Of a DNA stretch of 64,000 bases, positions 1-14,000 are shown piece after piece; within the stretch, counting starts at the first letter, position 1; each line of letters starts with the position of its first letter. The DNA lies in assembly GCA_023213395.1 (NCBI GenBank), contig CM041465.1, positions 163,377,741 to 163,441,740 of the forward strand, read 5' to 3'. The stretch comes from Cycas panzhihuaensis. Lineage: Eukaryota; Plantae; Cycadophyta. The notes beneath the pieces are model-generated. The model was not told the origin of the DNA, made no database searches, and was given only the letters and a program-made list of their open reading frames with translations. The position numbers and the translations under genes are program-made.

Positions 1-3000
1 ATCTTGAAACATTGAAATTTATCCTTTGGTAAAGGTTTTATAAAGATATTAACAACTTATTAACCATTGCTACAATACTGCAAGCCAGTTTTCTTATTCT
101 AGACCTTTTCTTTAATAAAGTGGTTATGAACTTCCATATGTTTTGTCCTACATGAAAAATAGGTTCTTTGCAAGTTTGATTATACTTTGGTTATCACAAT
201 AGATTATGGTTTCCTTTTTATAGCCTTAGCTTATATCATTTAAAGGTTACCTAAGCTAGATTGCTTTAAAAGTTTTAGTTACAATAGATTTGTATTCTAC
301 TTCTATTGAGGATAGGGCTATTATTGGCTTCTTTTTACTGATCCATGATATTGCAGTTGTTCCAAGCCTAAAACAATAACCAAATATTGATTTCCTTTCT
401 TGAGAATCTCCTGCCTAGTTAAAATTACATAATCCAATTAAACTTGGTTCATTTATCTTGGTGTGTTGTAATCTAAAATTTACAATACCTTTAATATATC
501 TCAAGATTCTCTTTGTAACATTCCAATGTATAATTTTTAGATTATATATAAACCTAGAAATAAATCCAACAAAGAAGGATCTATCTGGATGAGTGGCTAT
601 TAAGTAAATGAAACTTCTAACAAGTTGTCTGAAAAGAGTCTCATTTACTTCTTGTTACTTACTTTCATCAGAAGCTAGAACGTAACCTACTTCTATTTGT
701 GTGGCACATGGATTATATTCCTCTATTTTAAACATTTTTAGTAGATTTTTAACATACTTAGATTGTGAGATGAAGATATTACTTTTTTCTTGATTAACTT
801 CTATGCCAAGTTAGTAATGAAATGTACTAATGCTAGTCATTTCAAACTTCTTTTTCATTTATGTTTTTATTTAACTGATAGTTACTTAGTTGTTTTCTAT
901 GACAATCAAATCATCTATATATATCACAATTATGGTGACTAAGTCTTTTTATTTTTTTATATAAAGACTTAGATCTACTTCATACCTTTTAAAACCTCCT
1001 TTCTAAAGTTGTTGATTTAATTTGGCATACCAGGCTCTTAGCACTTCCTTTAGACCATATAGTACCTTTTTTAGTTTGCAAACTATATTTTCTTCTCTTT
1101 GTTTTATATATTTAAGTGTCTATACCATACAAACTTCTTCACTAAGATCACCATATAGGAAGGTACATTTTACATCTAATTGTATAATTTATACTCACAT
1201 TGAATTACCAAGGCTATAACTATATAAATAGTTATTAGCTTTGTTGAAGGAATAAATGTTTCTTCATAGTCAATGCATGTTATTTGAGTCCATCCTTTAA
1301 CTACAAGTTGAGCTTTATACTCTTTAATGATACCATCAAATTTTTCTTTTGTTTTATATACCCATTCACAACCTACAATGGGTTTGTCTTCTAGAGGAAG
1401 AACTAGATCCCAAGTGTTGTTTTGATTTATGAACTTCATTTCTTTATCCATAGCATCATGTCATACTAGTTTTTGATAAGTTTCTTCGAAACTATAGGGC
1501 TCAACTAAATATATCAAAGATTGGTGCCTTTAAGATCTCCTTCTATGTTTAAACATATCCCCCTTTGATTCTTCAATAATTTTTAGATACCATTTTGGTA
1601 ATCTCCTTTATGAAATATTTTTTTATTCTTATTTTTTAGTTGATTCTTCTAACTCTTTATGAGAAGCCCATTCTTTTATATCTTCTTAAGAAGTTGACTC
1701 TTCCTTAGTTGTACTATTTTCTATATTTTCTTCTAATATTATATCCCTTTCTGGGCAAACATCATCTTCACTTCTTTTAATACCTTCAATAGAGGTTACA
1801 TCCTTGCACATATATATATATTTTCTTTATTTTTATATCTATACAGTAATAGGCTTTTAGTTTTGTACTATATCCAACCATTATACATTCAATGCTTCTA
1901 TCATCTAATTTTATTCTTTTTTGAGTTGGAATATGTACATAAGAAGTTCATCCAAAAGTTCTTAAATGGCTTACATCTGGTCTTGTGCATGGCATGCTTC
2001 CTCTAAAGTGATCTTATAATGTGCCTGTGCATGGCATTTATTTATTAAATAGACAACAATATTAATGGCTTTAACCTAATATATATTTGATACATTTTTC
2101 TCCTTTGGCATGAATCAATCCACATTTGTTAAGGTCCTATTTACTCTTTTAGCTATTGCATTTAATTGTGGTGTATATGGAGTAGTAATTTGCCTATGAA
2201 TACCATAAGTTTTATAAAAATTTAAAAAATTATTTAAGACACACTCCACCTCTATTTATTCTAAGTATCTTTATTTTGTGTCCACTTTCAAGTTCTACTT
2301 GAGTCTTGAATTCTTTAAAGTAGTTAAGAGCTTTAAATTTATTAAAGATAAAACAAACCTAAGCTTTTATGGTAAAGCCATCTATAAAGGTGAGAGAATA
2401 CCTAGTACCATTTACAAAGTTTGGTATAACAAGTTTAGATATATCAGTATGAATTAATTCTAGTGTTTCTTTTACTCTCCAACTACTTTCTTGAAATGAC
2501 ATTTTTTATTTTGATTAACATACACATTTTACAAGCATAGGCATTCATTGCACTCCACTAACCATCTTATATTTTTTTAGTAATTTTAATCTATCATCAA
2601 TAATATGCCCATAGTGAGAATACTAGATTTTATTAACATTATTTTAAACAGTAAGAGCTTTTATGCATGAGATGACATGGGTAGAAACTAACTTATAAAG
2701 ATTTCTAGTTTCTATCCCCTCAACAACAACTAAACCTCCCTTTTTCATATCAAACATATAAAATTTTCTATTTTCATGAAAAATCACTCTAAATTTCTTC
2801 TTTCTTAACTATGTCACTAAAAGAAGATTCTTTTTTATGCCTAGCATAAATAACACATTTCTAATTTTCTTAATGTCATGCATGATGTCAATTATTATGA
2901 TTCTTTTTCCTTTGATTTTTAGAGGGTGAGTATCTCACAACTCCATAGTCTTATTTATTAGATATAGTTGTAAGGATTCAAACTAGTCTTCTCTACTTAT

Positions 3001-4907
3001 CATACAATTTGATGTGCCAAAGTCAACAAACTAATTTTCAGTATGTTAGATGGATGATACTAAGGTAGCAACAAAGGAAATCTTTTCATCATCTTCATCT
3101 TTTGATTGTTCTTTTTTGTAGTTATCTTTAACCTATGTACCCTTGGAAATGTAAGATCTTTTGTAGAAATAGTTAGTTAAGAGGTGTCCATACCTTGTAT
3201 AGTAGTAATATGAGTAGCTCTATGTTGTTTTGTATTCTACTATTATGTGACTTATTCTTTCACAATGATAGCATACTCGAGTATCATGTGATATAACTCT
3301 TCCTATTCCTTTGAAGAATCTTCCTCTAATGCTTCTTGTTTCAAATTATCTTCCTCTTGCACTTCATCCTCCTCTTTCACTGATTTTAAGCCTTGAGACA
3401 AAGGCTTATTCAACATCTACTTCCTCTTCATACCTATGAATTCCTTATTCATGTTGAAGTAAATGTCCATATAAAGTATTGAAAGATATATTTTGAGTTT
3501 GTCCCCCTATAATAAGAGTATTCACCAATTATCAAAAGATTTTGGTAGTTTATCGAGTACCAGGTGAATAATTTCAATATCTAACATAGGCTCTTTAATA
3601 GAGTCTAAATTACATATGACTTCTACTTGTTTGGTGATGAAATCAACATCTTATTTTCCCTTTCATAAATACAACTAGTAAAGCTATTCTCTTAGGGAAT
3701 TAATATAGGTTTCATTTTTTTGGCTAAATATAAAAGCTAGGGCATTCCATACTTCAACAAAAGTAAAGGCTCTAATAATGTGAGTTAGAACTAAATTAGT
3801 AATGGGTAGGTTGATTATGGTTAAGGATTGGCTATCTCTCTCTTAACAAATTTTTGTTACATCTCCTATGGTCAAATTTTCTTCCTTTCTAATCACTATT
3901 TCCCAAGTATTTTTTATAATTATAAGTCCCTTTATTTTAATTTTTCATGCAACATATTTTAAGTATGTTAGTTTTTTTAACTCATCTAGTGAATAGATTG
4001 AGGCTATTTTGAGATTTTAGAAGGCAAGAATAATGACTAAAATATTTTGAATGGCTATTGTAGGTCTAGTACATACCACCATATAAATGTATGGTCAAAA
4101 GTGTAGGCATATAGATTTCAATGAAACTCCCTTAAAATAGAGGTAATCAGGTCATAAATAGGGATCCAAATTTAGTTTTTTGAATGCATTTCTAGATAGG
4201 TAGAAAAAAAGGCTTTAAAGCCAAAGGTGTAATTAGGGTTTAAAACATAGTTTTTCTTATAACTCAAAAAATATTAAACTAAATCTTGCAATCTTACTTT
4301 TAATAGAAATCTTATGATGAGAGGACCATTTTAAGTCCACTGACATGAGGAAAAGCTTAAAAAACTAAAAGAAATCTACTCTACAAACTCTAAACCTACA
4401 CTACTATTTTTTCTTATTTTGTCACTTAATGAGATAGAACCTACAAAAGTGTCTTTGTAACAATGGAATCTACTCAGTGAGACATCCTTACTAGTAATTT
4501 TTTATCTTAATCTGAGCAATTAAAAAAGTTGTTCATACATGTCCATATGGTTTCTTACAATGGCATATGATTTCACTTGATACTTGATCTCAATTTTCTT
4601 TCTTCTTACTTCTTTACTTGATTTTATCTTCTTATACCTTCTTAAACTAACCTTATTCTACCCTGACTTAGTTTATCAGACCTACATTAATACCATGCTA
4701 GAGAAATTAGACTCAACTGAATTGAAAATAATGAAACTGATTTCTTTATTAATTTGATATAAGAGATGTACTCTTTTATATACAAGCACTTTACATAACA
4801 GATACATACATAAATGACAAGTGTCAATATAACTAACAAGTGTCAATAAAACATAAAAAGAGGATAATGACACTTAACCCTTAGGATAAAACATTAATAT
4901 TCTAATA
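1..4907 (-). mobile_element. Decayed Ty1/copia LTR retrotransposon; 3' end lies outside the window
   Basis: Minus-strand order is gag (~4000-3150), protease (~3050-2700), integrase (~2600-1800), RT (ORF 1176-1451, 'NNTWDLV..GCEWVYKTK'), RNase H (<450). A decayed Met-PBS (plus-strand TAATACCA, ~4688-4695) abuts a putative 5' LTR. Confidence 0.9.
4696..4907 (-). repeat. Putative 5' LTR of the 1-4907 copia element
   Basis: Begins TG on plus directly after the PBS complement and ends ...TTCTAATA (decayed ...AACA). The partner LTR is not in the window. Confidence 0.6.
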
Positions 4908-4909
4908 GT

Positions 4910-7125
4910 CAGATTATGGCCTAATAACTATTTTACATAACATCTATGATTATAGATTAAATAGTTAGTCTTATAGTGGCTAAGGGCATCTACTTCTAAA
5001 GATGCGTAGCTCATCTCCCTCTCCACTCTCTAAGATCCAAGAGCACTTGCATATAGGAACAATTAGCTTATTGAGTTTATATTTCATGCCTATAAGAGTT
5101 GTTTAATATATTTCATGCATATAAGCATAGTGGCTTGGTGTTTTAGTCATAACTTTCTCTTTAAAAAGGAGGACTTCTTATGGAACCAACCAAATTAGTT
5201 TTGATGTAGGCCTTTCTTACACCCACTAATGTAAAATAGTTAAAAGGTTTTCTCAGCCTCACTAGATACTATAGACAACTTATAATAAGGTATGCATTAA
5301 TCATAGGTCCTTTGGAATAATTATTGAAAAAATAAATAGTTTGTCAATGGGGGGAGTTACAATAATTGGCCTTTGATATCTTAAAATAACAAGTCACTAA
5401 GGCATTGATTCTAAAATTTTTAGACTTGAACAACCCTTTCAATGTTCATATGCACAATTTTCCATATGTAATCAGGCATGTATAAACCCAACTAAGTGAG
5501 GGAAATATAGATCACATGATTCACTTTACTGGTAGAAAATATATGAGCCATAAAGAAATTACTTCATAATAGAATGAGAAGGGTTAGGCATGATTTATGC
5601 CATTCAAAATTTTAACATTATCTACTTGTAAATCCATTTGTATTTTTTTATCAACCATTAAGCATTAAATTATTTAATAAATCAACTAGTTTTACAAGGT
5701 TAGATAAGTAGATGGTTCTTATTACTGCATGAGATTTCTTTTAAGATTATTGTTAGAAAAGGAGCTATATATACTATTCCAAAATAGTTATTGAGGGTCC
5801 ACATTAGAGAAGCTATGATAGGAATTTGTGATAATTTCCTAGATGCACAACTATTTTAGGTAATAATAGCACTTGAATAATATGTAAGGATTATGAAATT
5901 CTTGACAATTGATTAGATATTTGCAAGATTGAAAAAAGATGAAAGATAAAATTTGATAAAAGAGGCTTTATCATTTTAGTTGATTATAGGAGCATTATAC
6001 AAGTTGGGCCCTAATGGCATCCTATGATAATGTATAATCAAATATGAGATTGATGTTATTTTACAACAAGTTCATGAAGGATCTATAGGAGGACACGTCA
6101 TAGCTAGGGAAATAATAAGAAAAATCTTACTCTTTAGATTGTGGTGGTCAACATTATTTCTAAATACAGAAGTGTGGGTCAAGAGATGCGATGCCTGTTA
6201 AAAAATCAGAAGATCAACATATAAGGAATTCTTTCCCTTACCCTATCTTACCCGAGTTATAATTTGAAAAATAGGGTGTAGATTTTATAGGAGTAGTCAA
6301 TCCACAATAACATAAACAAATGCTAGATCTATCTTAGTTGTAATAGGTATAATGATCAAGTGGATGGAAGATCATCCATTAAGAAATTTTGATGCTCAAA
6401 GCAGTACTTATTTCCTTTAAGAAATGATCATTGCCAGATTTGGTTATCTAGTAGAAATTATTTTAGATTAGGTTTTGAGATTTCTCAATAAACTCATTAA
6501 TCATTTTACTCAAGGGTTTCTTATTATACATACGAAATCATCCCCTTATTACCTAAGAGCCAATGTCATACTAAAAGTATAAATAGGATCCTTAAGAGAG
6601 TGCTTACAAAAATTTATGATATAAGCCACATAAATTAGGTAGATAAAATTCATATCATCTTGTGGGTAGATAAAATAATTGCTAAGTGAATGCATGGTAA
6701 GACTCTATTCCAAATGGTTTTTGGGTTAGAAAAAATAATTCCATTTGAATTTCAAGTTCTTAATTTGAGAATAGTTGTTGATGACTATATGACTAATGAT
6801 GTTTCTTATAAACATAGACTTCAATAATTGTTGAAGTTAGAGGAAATAAGAAGCCAAGCATATTGGCAACTATAGTGAAATAAGTACTAACAGAAACCAT
6901 GGCATGATTGTCATGTTCGGCCTCTAACAATTGATGAAGGATCTTTGGTCTTGAAATATGATAGTAAGTTGCATGTATGAATGAGAAAACTTAAATTTAG
7001 ATGGTTATGGCCTTATAAGGTATGAGAAATAAGTTCTAATGGCATAATATGAATCAAATAATTAGATGTTAAGCTGCTACCAAAATTGTTTAATAAGAAC
7101 AAAGTGGGATGATATTAGTATTGAA
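4910..7125 (+). mobile_element. Ty3/gypsy (non-chromoviral) pol remnant: RT end, RNase H, integrase
   Basis: Motifs read through stops: RNase H 'EGLGMIYAIQNF', integrase zinc finger 'VHEGSIGGH...WVKRCDAC' (~6070-6200), core and GPY-like C-terminus. No LTR found. Confidence 0.85.
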
Positions 7126-7189
7126 ATAGGAAAAAAAAACTCCTCAAATAGATAATAATAGTAATATAAAATATACATGTATATGACAA

Positions 7190-7880
7190 TCTTAGGGAAG
7201 CTCATGATAGACTCGACTATACATCTACAACATATATAATCTAAAGTTTGAATAAGGAAATTGCGATGGTCACCATATTTATAAAATCTAGTTGTGATTT
7301 CTTAACCCAAATTTAATGGGTATCTGTGTGCTTCTACTTACTACATATTATTATGCATACACATATGAGTAGGCATAGGATAATCATAAGCATTGATTAA
7401 CTCTATCATATGCTTAATCCAAAACATACAATAATCCATCAATGGAAGGACAAACCATAATCATTCTATTAATGATGGGTCACATCTAGTTCTCTCACAA
7501 CCAAATGCCAACCTAGAGTAGTACACAGAATCCTTATAAGCACAATATATAATAAGCTTAATTATAGTTGCACAAATGCACGATATATCACATTAGTAAT
7601 ACAATTAGATGAATGCATATGCACACCTTTTTCTTATGAGATATTCTTTATTTATTCCTATCTATATAACCATTAGTTACTATGGGTGCTGTGGTTCTAG
7701 AATCAATTGCAATGACCCACCTAAAGACTGCCATCTATAGTTTACTTTCCTAAGGCTCATGTGACCATTTACCATATTCGTATAGGTTGCAACTATGACC
7801 AATGCAAACCCACAACATGCATCTCGCCCATCACTATTCTTCCTAGTGTCCTCGGTTATAATCTTCAAAAATTTCAAAAA
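7190..7880 (-). pseudogene. Decayed ORF of unknown function (ORF-X copy 1), TE accessory gene
   Basis: Reads '..VIAIDSRT..AYKDSVYYSRLAFGCERTRCDPSL..LWFVLPLMDYCMFWIKHMIELINAYDYPMP..' with deamination-type stops. A homologous copy lies at ~34695-35092 plus 37203-37310. Confidence 0.6.
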
Positions 7881-7959
7881 ATTTTACTATCTCCTTCCTT
7901 ACCTCCCTCAAATTTTCTCAAAATTTATTATTTCTCCTTATTAATTCTCTTTATTTCTT

Positions 7960-9440
7960 TGTGAATTCTTTAGGGATAAGGTTGGTATATTGTGTAAAAT
8001 GGAGAAAGTCCATTTCTCTTATAATGATCATAGAAGATACCCATATTACTCAATGCTTACAATTGAGCCATTGTGGGATTTTCTCTTGAATACAGCTACT
8101 TGATTTCATCCTCTAATTCCTTATTTGACACCTTTGTATAAATTAGATCACCTCGTAATAAAGTGATCATGGACCAAAAATGATTTGCATGTTTCACATC
8201 CTCTTACATTTATAAAATCCAACCCCCTAATTTATATACAACCTTTTTTAATCCTGGCGGGATTTATTCCTTAAACTTATCTTGAAAAACTTTTACTAAA
8301 TATAATACCCTAGTTGTATCCCCTACTAAATGCATAATAAATTTAATCAGAAATTCCAACTTAGCTTCATAGGAAACCAATTAATCTTCTACCTTCTGGA
8401 TTCTTTACATGTTAGGAAGTGGATGTCTATTCTAGTCTTCCAATTCATTAATCAATTGCTTGGTAACCTTAGCTAAAAAGGAAGTCTTCCAATGTGCCAC
8501 ACTATGTGGTTTATATTCCATTGGATCAATTCCCTCTAAAACTTCTTCATTGAAATTGAAATCAACCTCAGTTGGTTGACTATTCAAAATCCTTATTATT
8601 TCTTATTACTTTCTTTCTACTGCAAGTTTCTTTCTCATTCTCTCCTCCTCTCAACTTACCAACTTATTTGGTTATTTCCCTAGCTAGGGCTAATCTTCTA
8701 GGATTTCCTACTTGACTGTCACCCCCTTTACTCCTTCCTTTTATTTACCCTTTTTAATTTCTTCCCTTCTCCTCTTTTTTGCTTTCTCAACTGCAACCAT
8801 GGTCTCCTTCTATTTCTTCTATTCTTTGACTGATGAGGTCACCGCTTCTCATTGCTTTTTTCTTGTCCATCATCTTGTATTATTGGTTGAGGGATATTTA
8901 CTTTACATTTCTATAAGAACCAATCCTTTACTTTCTTCTAAGTTTGAGTAAGCCATTCTTTCCTCTATTTTTTGAAATATTCTACCCAACCTGTTAAGAC
9001 TTATTATCTTTGTTTATCTTGGGTTAAATCCAATTGAGAACATTAAGAATATAATAGACCCTGAAATAAGGTCTGATGATAAAAGACCATAGATTGAGTA
9101 TTAATTTTAATATTATTTAATTTTTCTAAAAGCTTACCAAATAGAAATAGCCCGATTAGAATTTTCTCTATATGCCACTCTAAGGAGCATGGATCTCATC
9201 TCTATTAGTATATATAGATTCTTTTGACTCAAAATAACTCTAGTAAAGAGAAAATAGGCCATCCAATGCCTTTATTCTACTATAATTTTTATAATTTTAA
9301 TACTAGAGGTAGAAAACTCTGATACTTAAGCTCCTAAATATTTTGCCTCTTGATCTTATGGGATTTTTTTATCTTTTAAAACCTCATGGCTAGAATCTAG
9401 TAGGCTTGAAATCTTAGCAGTGGCTTGAGTTGACATATCT
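7960..9440 (-). pseudogene. Decayed accessory ORF(s) of unknown function (ORF-Y)
   Basis: Starts 'MSTQATAKISSLLD' (~9437), has a K/E-rich middle, then 'EVLEGIDPMEYKPHSVAHWKTSFLAKVTKQLINELED' and 'GCETCKSFLVHDH'. Many stops and frameshifts. Confidence 0.4.
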
Positions 9441-9539
9441 AACAACCCAAGCTTGTGTACTATTCAATGAACAATCATAGAGAGAAAACTCATTGCTATT
9501 GGGAATAATCTTGTTTAAATGTACTGGGTGAATCCTACC

Positions 9540-10240
9540 TTAGTTAGTTTTACTTTTCTCTCATCTTCCTCTGGCATTATATTCTATTCTATCCTAGTTT
9601 ATTCATTATCCATTTCTTGAAAATTAATTTGGATGTCTATCTTCATTTCTACCTTCTAGCTAAAATCTCTTGTACTCATTATACTTCTGGTTGATAACCT
9701 TGCTCTAATTTTTCTTAACTAGTTGCATTCTATTATGTATCATCTACAAAGCTAGAATCATTAAAAATATATGATATATTTCATAGGTTGTTACCAAGTC
9801 ACATTTATTATTATGCATGGTAGCCACTTGTCATAGTTTATTACACCAACACTCCTCCCACTTCTTTTTTCATCTCTTTAATTACTTATCATTATAATTT
9901 AATATATGATCATATCTCTTTTGTAGCCAAATCTTTGTTGGCATAACTGTTTTGATGGTAAATATAGCCTTCTCAATATTCTTGGTTTTTCAAAAAATCT
10001 TTTCAATCTATTATGTTAATTCCTTGCCTTTATTTTGGAATAATCATAACATGCATTACAATCTCCTAATTGTTAATTCCTATAAGGCTAATTTGATCTG
10101 TTTCTATAATCTTACTTACCAAACTATAATCATCTTCCTTGAGGGAGCAATTTTTATTTATTCTTTCTTGTCATTTCCTTTCTTCCATTTGCTATCTTTT
10201 ATATTAAGGTAGCAATTTTCTATTATTTATAGTTGTCATC
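9540..10240 (-). pseudogene. Possible decayed accessory ORF (ORF-Z)
   Basis: Reads 'MTTINNRKLLP*YKR*QMEERK*QERINKNCSLKEDDYSLVSKIIETDQISLIG..' with stops at positions compatible with Q/R codons. No domain recognised. Confidence 0.3.
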
Positions 10241-10301
10241 TTTACGTATCAGGTTGTGATAATTTATTTAGGACTAAGACTTCTTTATTCCCAGTCACAA
10301 T

Positions 10302-10943
10302 TGTTGGGTATTGTGACAACAATTATAGGCTTAAAATTATGGCATGTTTTTAGCTCAGTTTCCCCCCCCAATCTTTCTTGGGGGGTTCCAAGGGAGGTGG
10401 GATCCCCCCTTGGCCGGGAGGTATGGGGGGGTGGAACGCCCCCCGCTAGGAGGGGGTTCGGGGGCGATAGCCCCCAACCCAAAAAATTGACCATGTAAAC
10501 CTTATCAAAGTGTAAAGAGAATCATGGTCATTCAACTAAAATACTCTAGATTCTACGGTTGAGATTTAGGTCTTGGATGTCCTCTCATGTAGCCCGTTTT
10601 AGGGCTTTTCTTATTATGCTGTAATGTTATGTAATGTACTGTGAAGAGGGCGGTGGCTGATTATTGTTCCAGAGAGCACTCTGTATCTATGATGTATAGT
10701 TTCTCCATTCTGCAACAATAAAGATTGATACATTTCCTGTGTGGATATTTCCCTAGCACACTACTAGGGTTTTACCACGTTATATCAGGTGCACATGTGA
10801 TGTTTGGCTTTCATTATCTTGTTACTATATAATCTCTGATTTTAGAACTTGCATGTAATTTTATGTTTCCATTTCTGTAACTAGTTGTAAGAAAGTAATA
10901 GATCTTGGTGGCTGTTAGAGGGTTAGGCCTTCTATTCTCAACA
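10302..10943 (+). repeat. 5' LTR of the Tork-like copia element
   Basis: Direct repeat of 14985-15604; TGTTGG...CTCAACA. Confidence 0.97.
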
Positions 10944-11013
10944 AGTGGTATTAGAGCCACTCTTTTCTTGTAGTGAGTTTGTGAAGGTTTTGGTATCAGC
11001 TTTTCTACACTAC

Positions 11014-14000
11014 ATGGCGAAATTAGCAAGTACAAAGTTCAAGGTGGAGAAATTCAATGGCAAGAACAACTTCGAGTTGTGGAAGCTAAAAGCGTATGAT
11101 ATTCTTGTACAACAGGGTTTGTACAAAGTCCTTGCAGGAAAATCAAAGAAACTCACAGGGTTGGATGATGATGAATGGGATGATTTAGATAAAAAGGCAC
11201 TTAGCACAATACAATTGTGCTTGGCAGATGAAGTTTTGTTTAACATTGTAGGGGAGCAGATGGCCGCGGGATTATGGACCTGGTTGGAAGGCCTGTATAT
11301 GACCAAATCAGTAACAAACCAAATCTACCTGAAGAGGCAACTGTACTCATTACAAATAAAGGAAGGTACAAAAATCGCTGACTATTTAAATATTTTTAAT
11401 ACTCTTATTTATCAGTTGACTAGTATCGATGTTAAAATTGAGGATGAAGATAAGGTAGTTACCCTGTTATGCTCATTACCTGAATCCTGGGATAATATTG
11501 TCACCTCAATCAGTTTTAGCACTACAAATGAATTGGAATATGACTCTGTTTTGAGTGCTTTGCTAATGGAAGAAGTGTGGAGGAAGTCTAGTCTTGAAAC
11601 CTCCACACGAGAAGCCATGACAGTAAGCGGTAGAACGTTTGAGAGAGGACAAAACTCCAGGGATACATTAAGATCCAAGTCAAAGAGCAAAAAGAGTAAG
11701 CTCAGATGTTGGCATTGTAATAAGACTGGTCACCTCAAGAAGGATTGTTACAAAAGGAAGGAGTTTCAGAAAAAGAAAGATCCTACCAAGGAGGTGAATT
11801 AGGTGGAGTCAAATCAAGGTATGGATGATGATGTCTTGGTTGCTTGTAATGTTTCTCATTATCACCATGACTAGTTATTAGATTCAAGTACTTTGCACCA
11901 CATGTATCCATACAAGAGTTGGTTCTCATCATACCAACCTCTTGATGGTGGTGATGTGCTTATGGGAAATGAAGTTTCTTGTAAGACAGTGGGCATTGGT
12001 AGCATCAGAATTAAGATGTTCGATGGGGTAGTCAGAATATTAACTGAGGTTAGACATGTACTTGATTTGAAAAGGAACCTGATTTCCTTAGGCGAATTAG
12101 ATTTAGGTGGTTTTAAGCATATAAGTCATGAAGGAGTCCTAAAGGTGTCAAAGGGTGCCTTGGTTATTATGAAAGCCTTAAAGAGAGGAAATCTTTATAT
12201 TTTAGTGGGAAGTACAGATGTCAGCCAAGCAGCTATAATGTCAAAGACTGCAGAAGATCCTGCTCAGCTATGGCATCAAAGACTTGGGCACATGAGTGAG
12301 AAAGGACTTAAGGTGCTGATAAACCGTAAGTTGCTTCCTAACTTATAGCTTTCAGATTTGGCTTTTTATAAACATTGTGTTTTTGGAAAACAGTGTAGAC
12401 TCAGGTTTAAAGTAGGGAGTCACACTAGTAAAGGCATTCTAGATTATATATATTCAAATGTATGGGGACCAACCCCTAAAATATCTTATGGAGGATCATT
12501 GTATTTTGTCACATTTATAGATGATTACTCCAGGAAGGTATGGGTCTATTTTTTGAAAAGGAAATTTGAAGTTTTTAGTGTGTTTAAGCAGTTCAAGGCT
12601 TTAGTTGAGAACAATACTGGTAAGACAATCAAATGTTTAAGAACTGACAATGGAGGTGAGTTCAACTCCTTGAAATTTGAGAACTATTGCAAAGAAGCTG
12701 GGATCAAAAGACACAAGACCACTAGCTATACTCCACAGTAAAATAGCATTGCTGAGCACATGAATAGGACACTCTTGGAAAGAGCAAGAAGCATGCTAAG
12801 TAATGCAGGAGTAGAGCAGGGCTTGTGGGTAGAAGCTATTCAAACAACTTGTTATTTAGTAAACAGGTCACCATCAGTTGCAATAGATTGTAAGATTCAT
12901 AAAGAGGTATGGACTGGACATCCATGTGATTATTCAAATTTAAAAGTTTTTAGTTGTGATGCTTATGCTTGGACTAACAAAAGTAAACGTTCAAAATTAG
13001 ACCCAAAATCTAAGAGGTATATCTTTGTTGGTTATGGTGATAAGGATGGTGTAAAGGGATATAGGTTATGGGATCCTACTGCCCACAAAATCACCATTAA
13101 TAGAGATGTCATATTTGATGAATCTCTCCTTATAAAATCAGACAGTGTAGAAGCTAAAATGAAACATGAGCAGTAAGATAAACATCAATAAGTTAAGTTT
13201 GAAATATAGCCATCTGTGGAATCAGAACATCATGAAGATCTTTCTGAAGATGAATCAGTAGCAGATTCATAAGAGTATGTGGACACTCCTCTGCTAACAG
13301 TTAGAAGATCTACACGAGTTAGTCATCCACCTGACATGTACAAGCCTTCTATTTCTATTGCTTTACTTCTAATGATGGTGAGCCCACATGTTATTAGGAA
13401 GCAGTAGATGATATCCATGGAGAGAAGTGGATAAGGGCTATGTAGGAAGAGATAGATGCCTTGAAGAAAAATCATTCATGGGACTTGGTAGAACTTCCAC
13501 ATGGCAGGAAGACTGTTGGTTGCAGGTAGGTTTTAAAAATGAAAATGAATGTTGATGGAAAGGTTAATAAATGCAGGGCACGACTGGTGGCAAAAGGCTT
13601 TGCACAGAAAGTAGGTATTGACTTTCATGAGATCTTTTCACTAGTTGTTAAACTTGTTTCAATTCGAGTGCTGTTAGCATTGGTAGCTTCTCTCAATTTG
13701 GAGTTGGAGCAGTTAGATATAAAAATAACTTTTCTACATGGAGACTTAGATGAGGAGATCTATATGGATCAACCAGAGGGGTTTGTATAAGATGGCAGGA
13801 AAAGACTTGTTTACAGGCTCAAGAAATCATTGTATGGCCTGAAGCAATCACCCAGGCAGTGGTACAAGAAATTTAATGCCTTCATGGAGAGCTAAAATTT
13901 CAAAAGAAGTGAGTATGATCATTGTATTTACTTTAAATTTATGGACAATGGCTTATTCATTATCTTAGTGTTATATGTTGATGACATCTTTGGTTCAGCA

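Noticed and set aside
10256-10498. ORFs in the GC-rich LTR start (also 14887-15165)
   Set aside because: They cross LTR boundaries and are stop-poor only because of the G/C runs.
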